Made by a program: the position numbers and the translations under genes. Positions 54,036 to 54,444 of a stretch of 54,444 bases of DNA are shown here, piece after piece. The notes beneath the pieces are model-generated. The model had not been told where the DNA came from. It saw only the letters and a program-made list of their open reading frames with translations, and searched no databases. How positions within the stretch are numbered: position 1 is the stretch's first letter; each line of letters begins with the position of its first letter. The DNA comes from a virus (lineage: Duplodnaviria > Heunggongvirae > Uroviricota > Caudoviricetes), in the IMG/VR virus record IMGVR_UViG_3300037279_000046; one strand, given 5' to 3'.

Positions 54036-54444
54036 CTAATTTATCAAGTTTTGAGAAGAAACTCTTAACTTTCCTTCTAAAGTTCTTCGTTGAACCTCAT
54101 CCTCATCGATGACTGTATATCGACCTTTTTCAAACCCACATGTTATCTTAGATCCAGCTCGCCCGAACCTATCTTTCATAACTATGAAATCCGTAGTCTG
54201 ATTATCGTAGTTCGGAACGATCTCAATGATGACTGTCGCAGGTTCTACGATCGCAGAACAATCCTTGATGCGTGTATCGATGTCTTTAGCACCACCCTTT
54301 TTTGATACAGAGTAGAGATGTGCAAACAGAACGACTGGCATAGAAGAACCTTTGATGTACTGACCCAACCAGACGCGAAGGTCGTTGAGGTTCTCGTACG
54401 CGGTCTTCTTAGAATCCTTAATAGAATACTTAATCAACTGGAAG
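54036..54444 (-). CDS. SF4 (DnaB/T7 gp4-like) replicative helicase, C-terminal part truncated by window edge
   Basis: PVVLFAHL, IKDCSAIVEPAT, IVMKDRFG; frame stays open to the window end; next to primase. Confidence 0.75.
   Translation of the reverse strand, partial: FQLIKYSIKDSKKTAYENLNDLRVWLGQYIKGSSMPVVLFAHLYSVSKKGGAKDIDTRIKDCSAIVEPATVIIEIVPNYDNQTTDFIVMKDRFGRAGSKITCGFEKGRYTVIDEDEVQRRTLEGKLRVSSQNLIN

Noticed and set aside
1-54444. Stop-codon reassignment as in some large phages
   Set aside because: Code 11 gives intact multi-kb ORFs and TAA, TAG and TGA all end genes at sensible positions.

Overview
A 54.4 kb segment of a large lytic contractile-tailed dsDNA phage (myovirus) whose neck and tail organisation resembles SPO1/Herelleviridae-type phages; the host cannot be determined from this window. 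Zone 1 (1-9.0 kb, minus strand) holds small early/accessory genes: a collagen+PA14 lipoprotein, a beta-clamp-motif protein, an Ala-repeat protein and a duplicated 154-aa gene. These are preceded by a repeated YC[TC]GA-N3-TA promoter-like motif and interspersed with hairpins and a motif-dense non-coding block. Zone 2 (9.17-13.1 kb) is two convergent runs of tiny ORFs, many missed by the ORF track; 15 of them share one helix motif, [LFMV]-x-x-hydrophobic-[LMW]-x-x-L-[G/N/L/R], in otherwise unrelated sequences. This is the strongest candidate for an undescribed system. Zone 3 (13.2-51.6 kb, plus strand) is the virion morphogenesis module: neck proteins, a Nudix-containing protein, sheath, three tube paralogs, a chaperone with a -1 slippery site, tape measure, hub, spike, a 2359-aa baseplate wedge and tail fibres, with many TANAAT-N6-ATG leaderless-type starts. 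The window ends in a convergent replication module (primase and the C-terminus of an SF4 helicase). Five free-standing homing-type endonucleases are present. I found no tRNA, rRNA, CRISPR array, integrase or reverse transcriptase. All family assignments come from visual motif recognition, not database searches.
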